Numbered from the stretch's first letter, positions 32,431-41,355 are shown. The stretch: DNA of 64,000 nucleotides from Eubacteriales bacterium (GCA_045587665.1 JAZNCT010000065.1:95-64094), one strand, 5' to 3'. The notes: generated by a model from the letters alone, not told the origin. Translations and numbers: made by a program.

Positions 32431-34913
32431 ATTACGACAATTTTTTAAAGGCAAAGGCGATCAGTGCGCCTGTCTCGGGCTTTGACGTTCCGCTCGATGA
32501 GATAAATGATAATCTGAAGCCTCATCAGAAAATAGCGGTACAGTGGGCTGTAAAGGGCGGCAGGCGTGCGCTTTTTGAAGCCTTCGGTCTCGGAAAGACA
32601 GCTCAGCAGCTCGAATACTGCCGTCTTGTTACCGAGCACACGGGCGGAAGGGCTCTCATTGTCCTACCTCTCGGAGTAAAGCAGGAGTTCACAGAGGATG
32701 CGGTAAATCTTTTAGGGCTCGAAAGTCCGCCATACATAAAATCACAAGAGGAAGCAAATGCGACCGATGCAAAGATCCTCATAACCAACTACGAGAGGGT
32801 GAGAGACGGTAACATAGACCCGAGGACCTTTGACTGCTGCTGTCTCGATGAAGCCAGCGTTCTCCGTTCCTTTGGCTCAAAGACCTATCAGACCTTCGTA
32901 GACAAATTCCGCGGAGTTCCCTATAAGCTCGTTGCGACCGCAACACCCGATCCCAACAAATACAAGGAACTGATACATTACGCAGGTTTTCTCGAGATCA
33001 TGGACACCGGACAGGCTCTTACACGCTTCTTTCAGCGCGACAGCACAAAGGCAAACAATCTGACAATATACCCACATAAGGAAGAGGAGTTTTGGCTCTG
33101 GATATCAACATGGGCGTTCTTCCTTTCGACTCCCGCCGATCTCGGCTTTGATGCGGAAGGCTATGATCTTCCGCCGCTGGATATTCGTTATCACTGCGTT
33201 AAGGATATGAGCTCTCCGACATTTGACCGTGACGGACAGATGCAGATGTTCCGTGATGTTTCTGCAGGACTGACGGAAGCCGCAAGAGAAAAGCGTGAGA
33301 GCATCGAAGCCCGTGCAGATAAGATGCTTGAGATAATCGAGAGCGACCCCGAAGCTCGTTTTATCCTTTGGCATGATCTGGAGGATGAACGACACGCCAT
33401 AAAAAAGAGGATCCCCTCTGCCACCGAGATATACGGTGCGCAAGACATTGATCTGAAGGAAAAGCATGTCATAGATTTTGCCCACGGAAGGATCAAATAT
33501 CTTGCAACTAAAAAGGAGATCAGCGGACAGGGCTGTAACTTTCAGCGGCACTGCCACAGGGCGATCTTTATGGGCATAGATTACAAATTCAACGATTTTA
33601 TTCAGGCGATACACCGCATTTACCGTTTTCTTCAGAAGGAAAAGGTCATTATCGACATAATCTACACCGAAAATGAAACCAGTGTTCTCCGTGAGCTTCA
33701 AGAAAAATGGCAGAGGCATGACGAGCAGACCGAGAAAATGCGCGAGATCGTGAAAAAATACGGCATCTATACCGAAAAGTTAGTGGAAAAGATGCAAAGA
33801 AGCATAGGAGTTGAGCGAGTGGAAGTCAAAGGAGCATATTTCACGGCAGTCAACAATGATTGCATACTTGAAACGAGAAAGATGGAAACCGACAGCGTCG
33901 GTCTTATACATACCTCTATCCCTTTTTCGAATCATTATGAATATACACCGTCCTATAACGATTTCGGGCACAACGAAGACAATGATAAATTCTTTGATCA
34001 GATGGACTATCTGACCCCGGAGCTTCTTCGGGTCCTTAAGCCCGGCAGAGTGGCGGCGGTGCACGTCAAGGACAGAGTTCTCTTCGGCAACGCCACGGGT
34101 GACGGTATGCCGACGATAGATCCTTTTTCCGAAATGACGGTATTTCACTTCATGAAGCACGGCTTTAGGTATATGGGAAGGATAACGGTTGTTACAGACG
34201 TTGTAAGAGAAAACAATCAGACTTACCGGCTTGGTTGGAGTGAGCAATGCAAGGACGGCTCAAAAATGGGCGTAGGATGTCCCGAATATATCCTTCTGTT
34301 CCGCAAACTTCCGTCAGATACCTCAAAGGCATATGCAGATGAACCGGTTACCAAGACCAAAGAGGAATATACAAGAGCGCAGTGGCAGATCGATGCACAC
34401 GCCTTTGAGCGTTCTTCGGGCGACAGGCTTATTACCAAAGAAGAGCTTATGGAGACGGACGTATCAAAACTACAGAAGCTCTATACAAAATACAGCCGCG
34501 ATAATGTTTACAGCTACAAAGAGCATGTGGAACTGGCTAAAAAGCTTGACGGAGAGGGAAAATTGCCCGCTACATTTATGGTGGTAGCTCCTGCATCATG
34601 GTCTGATATGGTATGGGATGATATAAACCGCATGAGGACGCTGAACAGCACTCAGGCAAGACGAAAGCTGCAGATGCACGTCTGCCCCTTGCAGCTCGAT
34701 ATCGTTGAGCGCATTATAAACCGTTATTCAAACGAGGGCGATCTCGTATATGACCCCTTTGGCGGTCTTATGACGGTACCTATGACGGCGGTTAAAATGG
34801 GTAGAAGAGGCTATGGCTGTGAGCTTAACCCGGAATATTTCCGTGACGGCGTTGGGTATCTGAAAGCCGCCGAAGATGAAATGGAAACACCGACACTTTT
34901 TGATGTTATTTAA
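32427..34913 (+). CDS. SNF2/DEAD-like helicase domain fused to an N6/N4 DNA methyltransferase domain
   Basis: Helicase motifs GLGKT and CLDEAS. C-terminal beta-class MTase with HTSIPFSN (motif IV position) before DPFGGLMTVP (AdoMet motif). ATG 32427 follows AGGGGG. Confidence 0.8.
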   Translation: MNYDNFLKAKAISAPVSGFDVPLDEINDNLKPHQKIAVQWAVKGGRRALFEAFGLGKTAQQLEYCRLVTEHTGGRALIVLPLGVKQEFTEDAVNLLGLESPPYIKSQEEANATDAKILITNYERVRDGNIDPRTFDCCCLDEASVLRSFGSKTYQTFVDKFRGVPYKLVATATPDPNKYKELIHYAGFLEIMDTGQALTRFFQRDSTKANNLTIYPHKEEEFWLWISTWAFFLSTPADLGFDAEGYDLPPLDIRYHCVKDMSSPTFDRDGQMQMFRDVSAGLTEAAREKRESIEARADKMLEIIESDPEARFILWHDLEDERHAIKKRIPSATEIYGAQDIDLKEKHVIDFAHGRIKYLATKKEISGQGCNFQRHCHRAIFMGIDYKFNDFIQAIHRIYRFLQKEKVIIDIIYTENETSVLRELQEKWQRHDEQTEKMREIVKKYGIYTEKLVEKMQRSIGVERVEVKGAYFTAVNNDCILETRKMETDSVGLIHTSIPFSNHYEYTPSYNDFGHNEDNDKFFDQMDYLTPELLRVLKPGRVAAVHVKDRVLFGNATGDGMPTIDPFSEMTVFHFMKHGFRYMGRITVVTDVVRENNQTYRLGWSEQCKDGSKMGVGCPEYILLFRKLPSDTSKAYADEPVTKTKEEYTRAQWQIDAHAFERSSGDRLITKEELMETDVSKLQKLYTKYSRDNVYSYKEHVELAKKLDGEGKLPATFMVVAPASWSDMVWDDINRMRTLNSTQARRKLQMHVCPLQLDIVERIINRYSNEGDLVYDPFGGLMTVPMTAVKMGRRGYGCELNPEYFRDGVGYLKAAEDEMETPTLFDVI

Positions 34914-34924
34914 GGAGAAAAACT

Positions 34925-35638
34925 ATGCACTTCGAAACTATAAAACGAGACGAGATCCTGCCGATAATAGATCAGGCAAAAGACAGCGAGGAGCAGAAGG
35001 ATATTCTATGCGATCTTCTCGACTGCTCAAAAAAGGAGCTTAACGCTCTTGTTAAAGAGCTGCGTGCAGAGAGGGATAGCACAACAGCGAAAGAAAGCAC
35101 CTCCGGTGAATCGGCTCACATGGATGTCAGAAACAAACGCTGGACCCCGGAGGACTTGGAGAAGCTGAGCAAGCTTCATAAATCCGGAAAGACCTCAAAA
35201 GAAATTGCCGCAGAGCTTGGCAGAAGCACCACGGCCGTTATAAACAAGCTGAGACAGCTCGGGGTATCTGACCGATCGGAGCAGGACGCTCTTGTTCGTG
35301 CAGTTGCCACAAATGATGAGCTTGCAGAGATCGCAGCATATGCAGGTGAGCTTGAAGGGCTTATCAATAAAAAAGACGCAGAGATCCTGACGCTGCAGAG
35401 TGCGCTTGATGCTTCGTCTGCAGAAAAGGATCGTTATAACGAGGAGCTTGAGGCGGCGTGGAAAACAGCAGATGAAAAGGAAAAAGCACTTTCTGTGACA
35501 GAGGAGCGGTTGAAGAGCTTGAGGGAGCTTCTTATGAAATACGACCGCAAGCAGACCGTTCTCTCGTCGGCTCTGGCAAAATCTCTTGAATTTATCGCGT
35601 CGATGAACGCCATTATAGGGGAGGTGCTTAAAGCATGA
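34925..35638 (+). CDS. GcrA-like HTH protein with C-terminal coiled coil
   Basis: RWTPEDLEKLSKLHKSGKTSKEIAAELGRSTTAVINKLRQLGVS aligns residue by residue with the recalled GcrA N-terminus (WT.E....L..L...G.S...IA..LG..T.NAVI.K..RLG.S). Confidence 0.6.
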   Translation: MHFETIKRDEILPIIDQAKDSEEQKDILCDLLDCSKKELNALVKELRAERDSTTAKESTSGESAHMDVRNKRWTPEDLEKLSKLHKSGKTSKEIAAELGRSTTAVINKLRQLGVSDRSEQDALVRAVATNDELAEIAAYAGELEGLINKKDAEILTLQSALDASSAEKDRYNEELEAAWKTADEKEKALSVTEERLKSLRELLMKYDRKQTVLSSALAKSLEFIASMNAIIGEVLKA

Positions 35639-35994
35639 ATGAGAATGTATGCAAGCACTGCGGGCAGGTGGTAATGCCCGGAATGAGCTGTGACTGCCCG
35701 GGCGCCGTGGCAGAAGCACGAACCGAGATACAGAAGGCGAAGGCGCATGAAGCTATTGATACTCTTTTCGGAGAGGGATGCAAAGCCGATGGATATGAAC
35801 CTATCAGCGAGGAAGAGCTTCGGGCCCTCAAAAAGCTCGCTGATTATGTTGCCGAGCGCAAGCTGATATCCGCCTCCGCTCTTCTCGGCGGCGGCGTTAA
35901 GGCAAAGTTTGTCAGAGGAAGCGAAGGCAGGGTTAAGATCGAGCGCAGTGAGAGTAAGAAGTCGCAGACTGAGATAGGCTATTGGAGTAACTGA
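35635..35994 (+). CDS. hypothetical protein with N-terminal Cys cluster
   Basis: CKHCGQVVMPGMSCDC. 119 aa. Confidence 0.5.
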   Translation: MNENVCKHCGQVVMPGMSCDCPGAVAEARTEIQKAKAHEAIDTLFGEGCKADGYEPISEEELRALKKLADYVAERKLISASALLGGGVKAKFVRGSEGRVKIERSESKKSQTEIGYWSN

Positions 35995-36176
35995 AAATGG
36001 CGAAAATCCGAAGCAAAAGTGATAGAGAAAGTTGTGTGCATTATATAAAGCTCTTTAATATGCCCTTTTGTACATACGGCGCAAACGAAAACAATTTGAT
36101 GGACTCGCTGAGAAATCAACCTTGCGACATTAGGCACAAATGTCCCCTTGAAGAAAATGAAAAAGGAGAAACCACC

Positions 36177-37514
36177 ATGAATAAGACGAATCAAATCGTA
36201 ATGATACCCATATCAAAGCTTGAACATCATCCGAAAAATCCGCGAAAAAGTCTCGGAGATCTCTCTGAGCTGTCGGAATCGATAAAAAGCAAAGGAGTTC
36301 TTCAGAATTTGACGGTAGTACCTATTCCCGGCGCAGATGATGAAAGATATTATGTTGTCATAGGCAATCGCCGCCTCGGAGCTTCGAGAATGATCCTTGA
36401 TGAGCTGCCCTGTATAATTTCCGACATGAGCGAGGAAGATCAAGTGGCAACTATGCTGCTTGAAAATATGCAGAGAAGCGACCTGACAGTATTTGAACAG
36501 GCTGAGGGCTTTAAGCAGCTACGCTTTGAATTTGGAAAAAGCGTAGAAGACATATCTGCAAAGACGGGCTTTTCCGAAAGTACCGTCCGCCGCCGTCTTA
36601 AACTCTCTGAGCTTGATCATGAAAAGCTAAAAGAAGTATGCGAGGACAGGCAGATCACTATTGACGACGCTCTGAAGGTTTGCGATATCAAGGACGAAGA
36701 CGCAAGAAACGCCGTTCTTGAAACCATCGGCACAAAGAACTTTGAATATAAGCTTTCCAGTGAAATGGATAACCAAAAGCGCAAGGATCAGATCGAAGAA
36801 ATACTCAATGAAGTACGGAAATTCGCATTTACAAAGCTTGATAAATTCCCTTCATATGGTGACGATGTATGGAGATTTGTTAAATCATATTACACTTGGA
36901 ATGACGAGAAGCCCGAAAAGCCCGATTTTGACGCAAATTTTGCTTATGTTGTGAATTACAACAGCGTATCGCTTTATGCGGACAATACTCCTGAGCCCGA
37001 AGAGGATGAGGAAGAGGCGCGCTACGAGGCTGAGAAAAACGCAAGGATCGCCGAATGCAGAGCCGAGTGCAATTCTCTAAATGACAGGATATATAATCTC
37101 CGCACGTTGTTCGTTAAAAATCTGAAGATCGATAAACCTATGCTGGTAACGATCAATAAATGGGCACTGAAAAAGGCAAATGATTACTGCTCCGGTGTTG
37201 ACGCCTATATAAAGAGAGCTTCAAAAGGACTTGACAGTGGCGCAAATACTAAAGATATTCTTTCCGCTTATGAGCTTGATCCCTATAAACTGGCGTTTCT
37301 TTTGATGTTCGGAAGATACGCCGATGCGAAAACTCAGACTTACATCGACCGTGAATGGACAGGTAAGCCCGAATATAAAGACAACAAAACGCTGGACGAG
37401 ATATATGATGTCCTCACCGATTTCGGATATGAGATTTCAGACGAGGAGGAACAGCTTATAAGCGGCACGCATGAGATCTTCGGAAAAGACTTTTTAGAGG
37501 GGATCGAAGAATGA
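36177..37514 (+). CDS. ParB-like nuclease (ParB/Srx) domain protein
   Basis: IPISKLEHHPKNPRK...VVIGNRRLGASR is the ParB N-terminal domain signature. ATG 36177 follows AAAGGAGAA. Confidence 0.8.
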   Translation: MNKTNQIVMIPISKLEHHPKNPRKSLGDLSELSESIKSKGVLQNLTVVPIPGADDERYYVVIGNRRLGASRMILDELPCIISDMSEEDQVATMLLENMQRSDLTVFEQAEGFKQLRFEFGKSVEDISAKTGFSESTVRRRLKLSELDHEKLKEVCEDRQITIDDALKVCDIKDEDARNAVLETIGTKNFEYKLSSEMDNQKRKDQIEEILNEVRKFAFTKLDKFPSYGDDVWRFVKSYYTWNDEKPEKPDFDANFAYVVNYNSVSLYADNTPEPEEDEEEARYEAEKNARIAECRAECNSLNDRIYNLRTLFVKNLKIDKPMLVTINKWALKKANDYCSGVDAYIKRASKGLDSGANTKDILSAYELDPYKLAFLLMFGRYADAKTQTYIDREWTGKPEYKDNKTLDEIYDVLTDFGYEISDEEEQLISGTHEIFGKDFLEGIEE

Positions 37515-37786
37515 CAACAGCTGAGGCGAAGTGGGCCTTTGATAATGGTGTAATGGTCAGCCTTGAGATAGACCCAATAAAGCAAACACGTGCTTTTTAT
37601 AAATACATATGTGAGATTGGATATCGCCGCCGAAGGGACGGCAAGGTCTATTTGTTTGTCACCTGCTTTGACAGGTTTGCAAACAGTGAGACAAGAACAA
37701 CGGTGAGTGACGTTATGTTTGCACGGAAGGAGGATGAGGAGCGATGCCACAGAGAACTGGGTATCCAAAACGTACAGGTCTTGTGA
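37511..37786 (+). CDS. hypothetical protein (91 aa)
   Basis: Start overlaps the upstream stop. No motif recognised. Confidence 0.5.
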   Translation: MTTAEAKWAFDNGVMVSLEIDPIKQTRAFYKYICEIGYRRRRDGKVYLFVTCFDRFANSETRTTVSDVMFARKEDEERCHRELGIQNVQVL

Positions 37787-38262
37787 AGAAAGAACCGAAC
37801 GGGCGGTTTTATGTAGAGGGAGTGGATATTTCCGCTCTCTCTCCTGAGCTTTACAGCTGCTTATGGAAGCTGAAAGACTATGAGGAGAGCGGAATGTCGC
37901 CTTCGGACGTGGAAACGCTGAAGAACATCTATGACGATGCTTGCAAAACGATAAATAAATTGCGCCGTGAGTGTGACGAGATGCGCCGAAAGCTCATTGA
38001 GCTTCCCATCCGTCCGGGCGATACCATATATGACTGTTCCGAGTTTTTCACCGAAAAGGCGTATCCGGGCATAAAGACTATCGAGGTCAGCTCGGTAGAG
38101 ATATCGAAGGATAAGGACACCGGGCATTACCGCTATACCGTCTGCGAAAAAGGCTTTATAAAAGCCTCCTACCACCGTGAGGACTTCGGTACCAAAGTAT
38201 TTCTTGACCAAAAGAAAGCACAGATGTGCGCTGAGATGAAAGCGAGGGAGAGGGGACTATGA
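37744..38262 (+). CDS. hypothetical protein
   Basis: An alternative coupled start is GTG 37783, overlapping the upstream TGA. Confidence 0.5.
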   Translation: MPQRTGYPKRTGLVKKEPNGRFYVEGVDISALSPELYSCLWKLKDYEESGMSPSDVETLKNIYDDACKTINKLRRECDEMRRKLIELPIRPGDTIYDCSEFFTEKAYPGIKTIEVSSVEISKDKDTGHYRYTVCEKGFIKASYHREDFGTKVFLDQKKAQMCAEMKARERGL

Positions 38263-38498
38263 GACTGTCACAATTAACAAAGCTCATGGATAAAGGCGAG
38301 CTTATATGCGTTGACTATGATAATGTGCCGATAGACCAAATGAACGCTTATAGCGGAAAGGTAAGTGGTATTAAGAGAGACGATGCTATAAATAAATGCC
38401 ATGTTACGGGGATAAGCGCATTTTATGACGTGATATTGGTCTTGATTGAAAAAGGAGAAGACGATGAGCAAAAAGAAAGAACACCGAAAGAGATATGA
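38259..38498 (+). CDS. hypothetical protein (79 aa)
   Basis: Overlapping start and stop codons. Confidence 0.5.
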   Translation: MRLSQLTKLMDKGELICVDYDNVPIDQMNAYSGKVSGIKRDDAINKCHVTGISAFYDVILVLIEKGEDDEQKERTPKEI

Positions 38499-38616
38499 GA
38501 AAAAGCGCAGTTTTTATAATGCTGTGTATTTATGGAGCGCAAATGAGCCCCCGATATGGCACTATATAAAGTGGCTCAAATGGAAAAACAGCCGTCCTAA
38601 GTTAGGAGACTTTTGA
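38464..38616 (+). CDS. hypothetical basic 50-aa protein
   Basis: AAAGGAGAAG RBS. Product is MSKKKEHRKRYEKKRSFYNAVYLWSANEPPIWHYIKWLKWKNSRPKLGDF. Below the track cutoff. Confidence 0.4.
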   Translation: MSKKKEHRKRYEKKRSFYNAVYLWSANEPPIWHYIKWLKWKNSRPKLGDF

Positions 38617-38628
38617 ACAAATAATAAA

Positions 38629-38649
38629 ACCACCGCACATGGCGGTGGT
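38629..38649. terminator. hairpin between convergent genes
   Basis: Stem accaccgc/gcggtggt. Confidence 0.45.
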
Positions 38650-38657
38650 ATGGATTT

Positions 38658-38933
38658 TCAAAATAAGTCGCTATGCGAACCTGTTCTTGCAAGTGTCAGG
38701 ATAAGAATATCATTTTGAATTTTATAGACCAAAAGCCAATCCGGGCGGATATGACATTCCCTATATCCTTTATAATCGCCGATGAGCGAATGATCAAGAT
38801 ACTTTTCCGGTAACGCTTCGCCCGAAGCCAATATCTCAACAACCTTCTCAAGCTGTGACATATCAAGTCCTCGCTTTTGTGATAACTTATAGTCTTTTTT
38901 GAAACGAGAAGTCACTTCTATCTGATATTTCAT
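38658..38933 (-). CDS. yafQ: type II toxin, YafQ/RelE family mRNA interferase
   Basis: MKYQIEVTSRFKKDYKL...RECHIRPDWLLVYKIQNDILILTLARTGSHSDLF is the canonical YafQ signature. Confidence 0.9.
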   Translation of the reverse strand: MKYQIEVTSRFKKDYKLSQKRGLDMSQLEKVVEILASGEALPEKYLDHSLIGDYKGYRECHIRPDWLLVYKIQNDILILTLARTGSHSDLF

Positions 38934-39205
38934 GAGTTAAGCTCCTCAAAAAGCTCTTTAGTACTCGAATATTTCTTTGCGGAAATTTTGCCGGAAAGCA
39001 TATCCTCGGCTTCTTCTATTGCAGCGAGAGTTTCTGCATTTGGAATATCGGTTGCTATCTCAAAAGGTATTTTACCTTGACGCACTACCTGACGAAGAAA
39101 CATATTCATAGCGGTGGTCATATTCAGTCCCATATCAGAAAGCATTGCCTCGGCTTGCTTTTTCAGCTCCACATCCATTCTGATGCTCATATTTGTTGTT
39201 GCCAT
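38930..39205 (-). CDS. dinJ: type II antitoxin, DinJ/RelB family
   Basis: MSIRMDVELKKQAEAMLSDMGLNMTTAMNMFLRQVVRQGKIPFEI. Overlaps the toxin start. Confidence 0.9.
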   Translation of the reverse strand: MATTNMSIRMDVELKKQAEAMLSDMGLNMTTAMNMFLRQVVRQGKIPFEIATDIPNAETLAAIEEAEDMLSGKISAKKYSSTKELFEELNS

Positions 39206-39234
39206 AATTATTACCTCCTATTGTTAGTATATAT

Positions 39235-39263
39235 ATTATACTACAAAATATGTGCATTGTCAA
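39235..39263 (-). promoter_or_regulatory. promoter of dinJ-yafQ
   Basis: Minus strand reads TTGACA ATGCACATATTTTGTAG TATAAT. The ATGCACAT directly after the -35 is also present in the 45.8-kb switch promoter. Confidence 0.6.
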
Positions 39264-39292
39264 TACAAAAAACGATAAAGAAAGGAAACAAC

Positions 39293-40039
39293 ATGAGGCG
39301 AGTTAAGAAGCGCATATATTCGGGCGTGGTCTGTGAGCAGATAGTTTACAGCGTATCGGATAGGATCAAAAATATCGGGAAAAGCTCGCCTCGTGTGCGT
39401 TTTAAGAACGAGGAGGAGAGGGCGGCGCACCGCATCGGCATTGCCAGACGTAAGCACGCACGTCTCGTCAATGAGAATTTTTCTCCGTCCTCTCTTTATT
39501 CCACCCTCACCATGGACGATGAACACGAGGTCCACACATTCGATGAAGCGAGACGGCTTCGCAGTCTGTTTCGCCGCCGTTTGCAGTATGCTTACCCAGA
39601 TGCGAAGATCATTATTTATATGGGCAGAGGCAAGAGCACGCACAGAATCCATTTTCATATGCTTTCTGACGGTATTCCCCGTGAGTTTATCGAAAAGAGC
39701 TGGCAGCTGGGCTTGGTAAAACGAACCGAGAGCCTGCGAGACCACAATTATTATGACGGCATTGATTATGGGCAGGACTATACCGGTCTTGCAAACTACC
39801 TTTTCGACCACTGGACTGCGGAGCAGGGCGGTCATTACTATATGTCAACGAGAAATATGCGACAGCCAGAGGAAGAGGACGCTATCGAGGTCAAACGCCT
39901 TTACACGAAGGACAAGCCTCCGAGGGCGCCAAAGGGCTATGAGCTCCGTGAAAGCAAAGTTACAGAATTTGGCTTCCTATATTATAAATACATAAAAATC
40001 GAAAAAAAGAAGCGGGGGCGTCCGAAAAAGGATGAATGA
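39293..40039 (+). CDS. HUH-type rolling-circle replication initiator-like protein
   Basis: Motif I-like LYSTLTMD, HUH motif RIHFHMLSD, and Tyr candidates GLANYLFDHW / HYYMSTRN. ATG 39293 follows AAAGGAAA. The track start 39077 overlaps dinJ antisense. Confidence 0.5.
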   Translation: MRRVKKRIYSGVVCEQIVYSVSDRIKNIGKSSPRVRFKNEEERAAHRIGIARRKHARLVNENFSPSSLYSTLTMDDEHEVHTFDEARRLRSLFRRRLQYAYPDAKIIIYMGRGKSTHRIHFHMLSDGIPREFIEKSWQLGLVKRTESLRDHNYYDGIDYGQDYTGLANYLFDHWTAEQGGHYYMSTRNMRQPEEEDAIEVKRLYTKDKPPRAPKGYELRESKVTEFGFLYYKYIKIEKKKRGRPKKDE

Positions 40040-40086
40040 CGGCTCCCAAAAAGCCGAATAAAGGTCGGCTATTAAAAGCCTTGTAA

Positions 40087-40199
40087 ATGCGTAAATTTTT
40101 AATACAAAAAGACTGCCTGATCTTTGTATGCTCTGATCGGAGCTGATATCGACAGCTTCAGACGCACTCGGCAGGCGTTTGGATTTAAAATTTACGCAT
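40087..40199. repeat. 13-bp inverted repeat pair spaced 100 bp (candidate origin region)
   Basis: atgcgtaaatttt (40087-99) and aaaatttacgcat (40187-99), lying between the Rep-like gene and ssb. Confidence 0.6.
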
Positions 40200-40247
40200 A
40201 GAAAATCAAGACAAGCTTGATACATAACCAAAGAAAGGATAGTACAT

Positions 40248-40700
40248 ATGGCGAATTTTAATTTTAACAAAATAATGCTTGGCGGAAGGCTGACCGCCGA
40301 TCCCGAGAATAAGCAGACAACTGACGGCACATCGGTGACTACATTCACTGTTGCAGTCAACAGGCGAAGCACCGCCCCTGACGGTAAGCCCATAGCGGAC
40401 TTCTTTAAGGTTATCGCTTGGCGTTCCCTTGCCGACTTTGCTTATAAGTTTTTCCGCCGCGGCTCGGCGATATTCGTTGTGGGAACGGTTCAGAACCGAT
40501 CTTACATCGACCACGAGGGCACAAAGCGATATGTGACCGAGATCATAGCCGACGAGCTGAACTTTGTTGATTCAAAAGCGGAAGCTCCGACATCGACCGC
40601 AGGCACTGACGGTGCGTCCGTCGAGAAGCCTGCTCCTTTGCCGACCAATTTTTATTCGGCTGACCAGCTTGGTAAAGCTGACGACGATCTGCCGTTCTGA
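40248..40700 (+). CDS. ssb: single-stranded DNA-binding protein
   Basis: OB-fold N-terminus NKIMLGGRLTADPE with the acidic C-terminal tip DDDLPF. Confidence 0.93.
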   Translation: MANFNFNKIMLGGRLTADPENKQTTDGTSVTTFTVAVNRRSTAPDGKPIADFFKVIAWRSLADFAYKFFRRGSAIFVVGTVQNRSYIDHEGTKRYVTEIIADELNFVDSKAEAPTSTAGTDGASVEKPAPLPTNFYSADQLGKADDDLPF

Positions 40701-40715
40701 CGGAGGTGATAAGGC

Positions 40716-41132
40716 ATGACCGCAAAAGAACTCCGGGATTACAACGACCTCAAAAAGCTTATCGAACGCAATAAAACAAGACTGGCAGAGATATCCGCAC
40801 GTCTCGATCCCGGAAGTATGGACTTTTCGGGAATGCCGAGAAGCGGAAGTACGCGCAACACCACCGCCGACAATCTGGCACTTTATGTTGACCTAAAGAA
40901 CATCATCGAAAAACAGCAGACCGAATACCTGCGAAAGCAGATTGAGATCGAACGCTTCATCGGCACAGTGGATGATCTTTTTATGCACTGCATAATCTCA
41001 TATCACTTCATCGATAATCTTACATGGCAGCAGACTGCCCAAAAAATAGGCGGCGGCAACACAAAAGACAGCGTCAGAATGGCATGTAACCGATATTTGG
41101 AACAGCTTTCAAAAAGACCAAATGCTTCATGA
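40716..41132 (+). CDS. putative late-gene transcriptional activator (sigma region-4-like / RinA-ArpU-DUF1492-like)
   Basis: 138 aa. C-terminal HTH-like LTWQQTAQKIGGGNTKDSVRMACNRYLEQL. Lies directly upstream of the packaging genes. Confidence 0.45.
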   Translation: MTAKELRDYNDLKKLIERNKTRLAEISARLDPGSMDFSGMPRSGSTRNTTADNLALYVDLKNIIEKQQTEYLRKQIEIERFIGTVDDLFMHCIISYHFIDNLTWQQTAQKIGGGNTKDSVRMACNRYLEQLSKRPNAS

Positions 41133-41140
41133 TAAAAGTT

Positions 41141-41179
41141 GTTCGCTATGTTCGCTTTTTCTGTGATAAACTGTATAAT
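41141..41179 (+). promoter_or_regulatory. candidate late promoter with direct repeat GTTCGCT x2
   Basis: The -10 is ctgTATAAT (41174-79). The poor -35, TTCGCT, overlaps the second GTTCGCT (41141-47, 41150-56). Confidence 0.4.
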
Positions 41180-41292
41180 GCAAAATGCTAAAAGGTACTG
41201 TGAAACAAAAAAGAAAGAGGGCGGGCTCGCTGACCCCACTAAACGCACAGTTAGCAGGCAAAAATTTTGGGAAACTTTAATTGAAAACCATT

Positions 41293-41320
41293 AAAGCAGA
41301 TATTTAATATCTGCTTTTTT
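41293..41320 (+). terminator. intrinsic terminator inside the late leader, upstream of terS
   Basis: Stem aaagcagatat/atatctgcttt followed by ttt. Confidence 0.7.
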
Positions 41321-41355
41321 GCAGCAAAAAGTATGAAAAGGGGGGGTGATTTTTC

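Noticed and set aside
33105-33719. 204-aa minus-strand ORF
   Set aside because: It is antisense to the helicase-methylase gene, so it is a shadow ORF.
39077-39292. 72-codon N-terminal extension of the Rep-like ORF
   Set aside because: It overlaps the antisense of dinJ and the dinJ promoter. ATG 39293 has an RBS and starts the conserved part.
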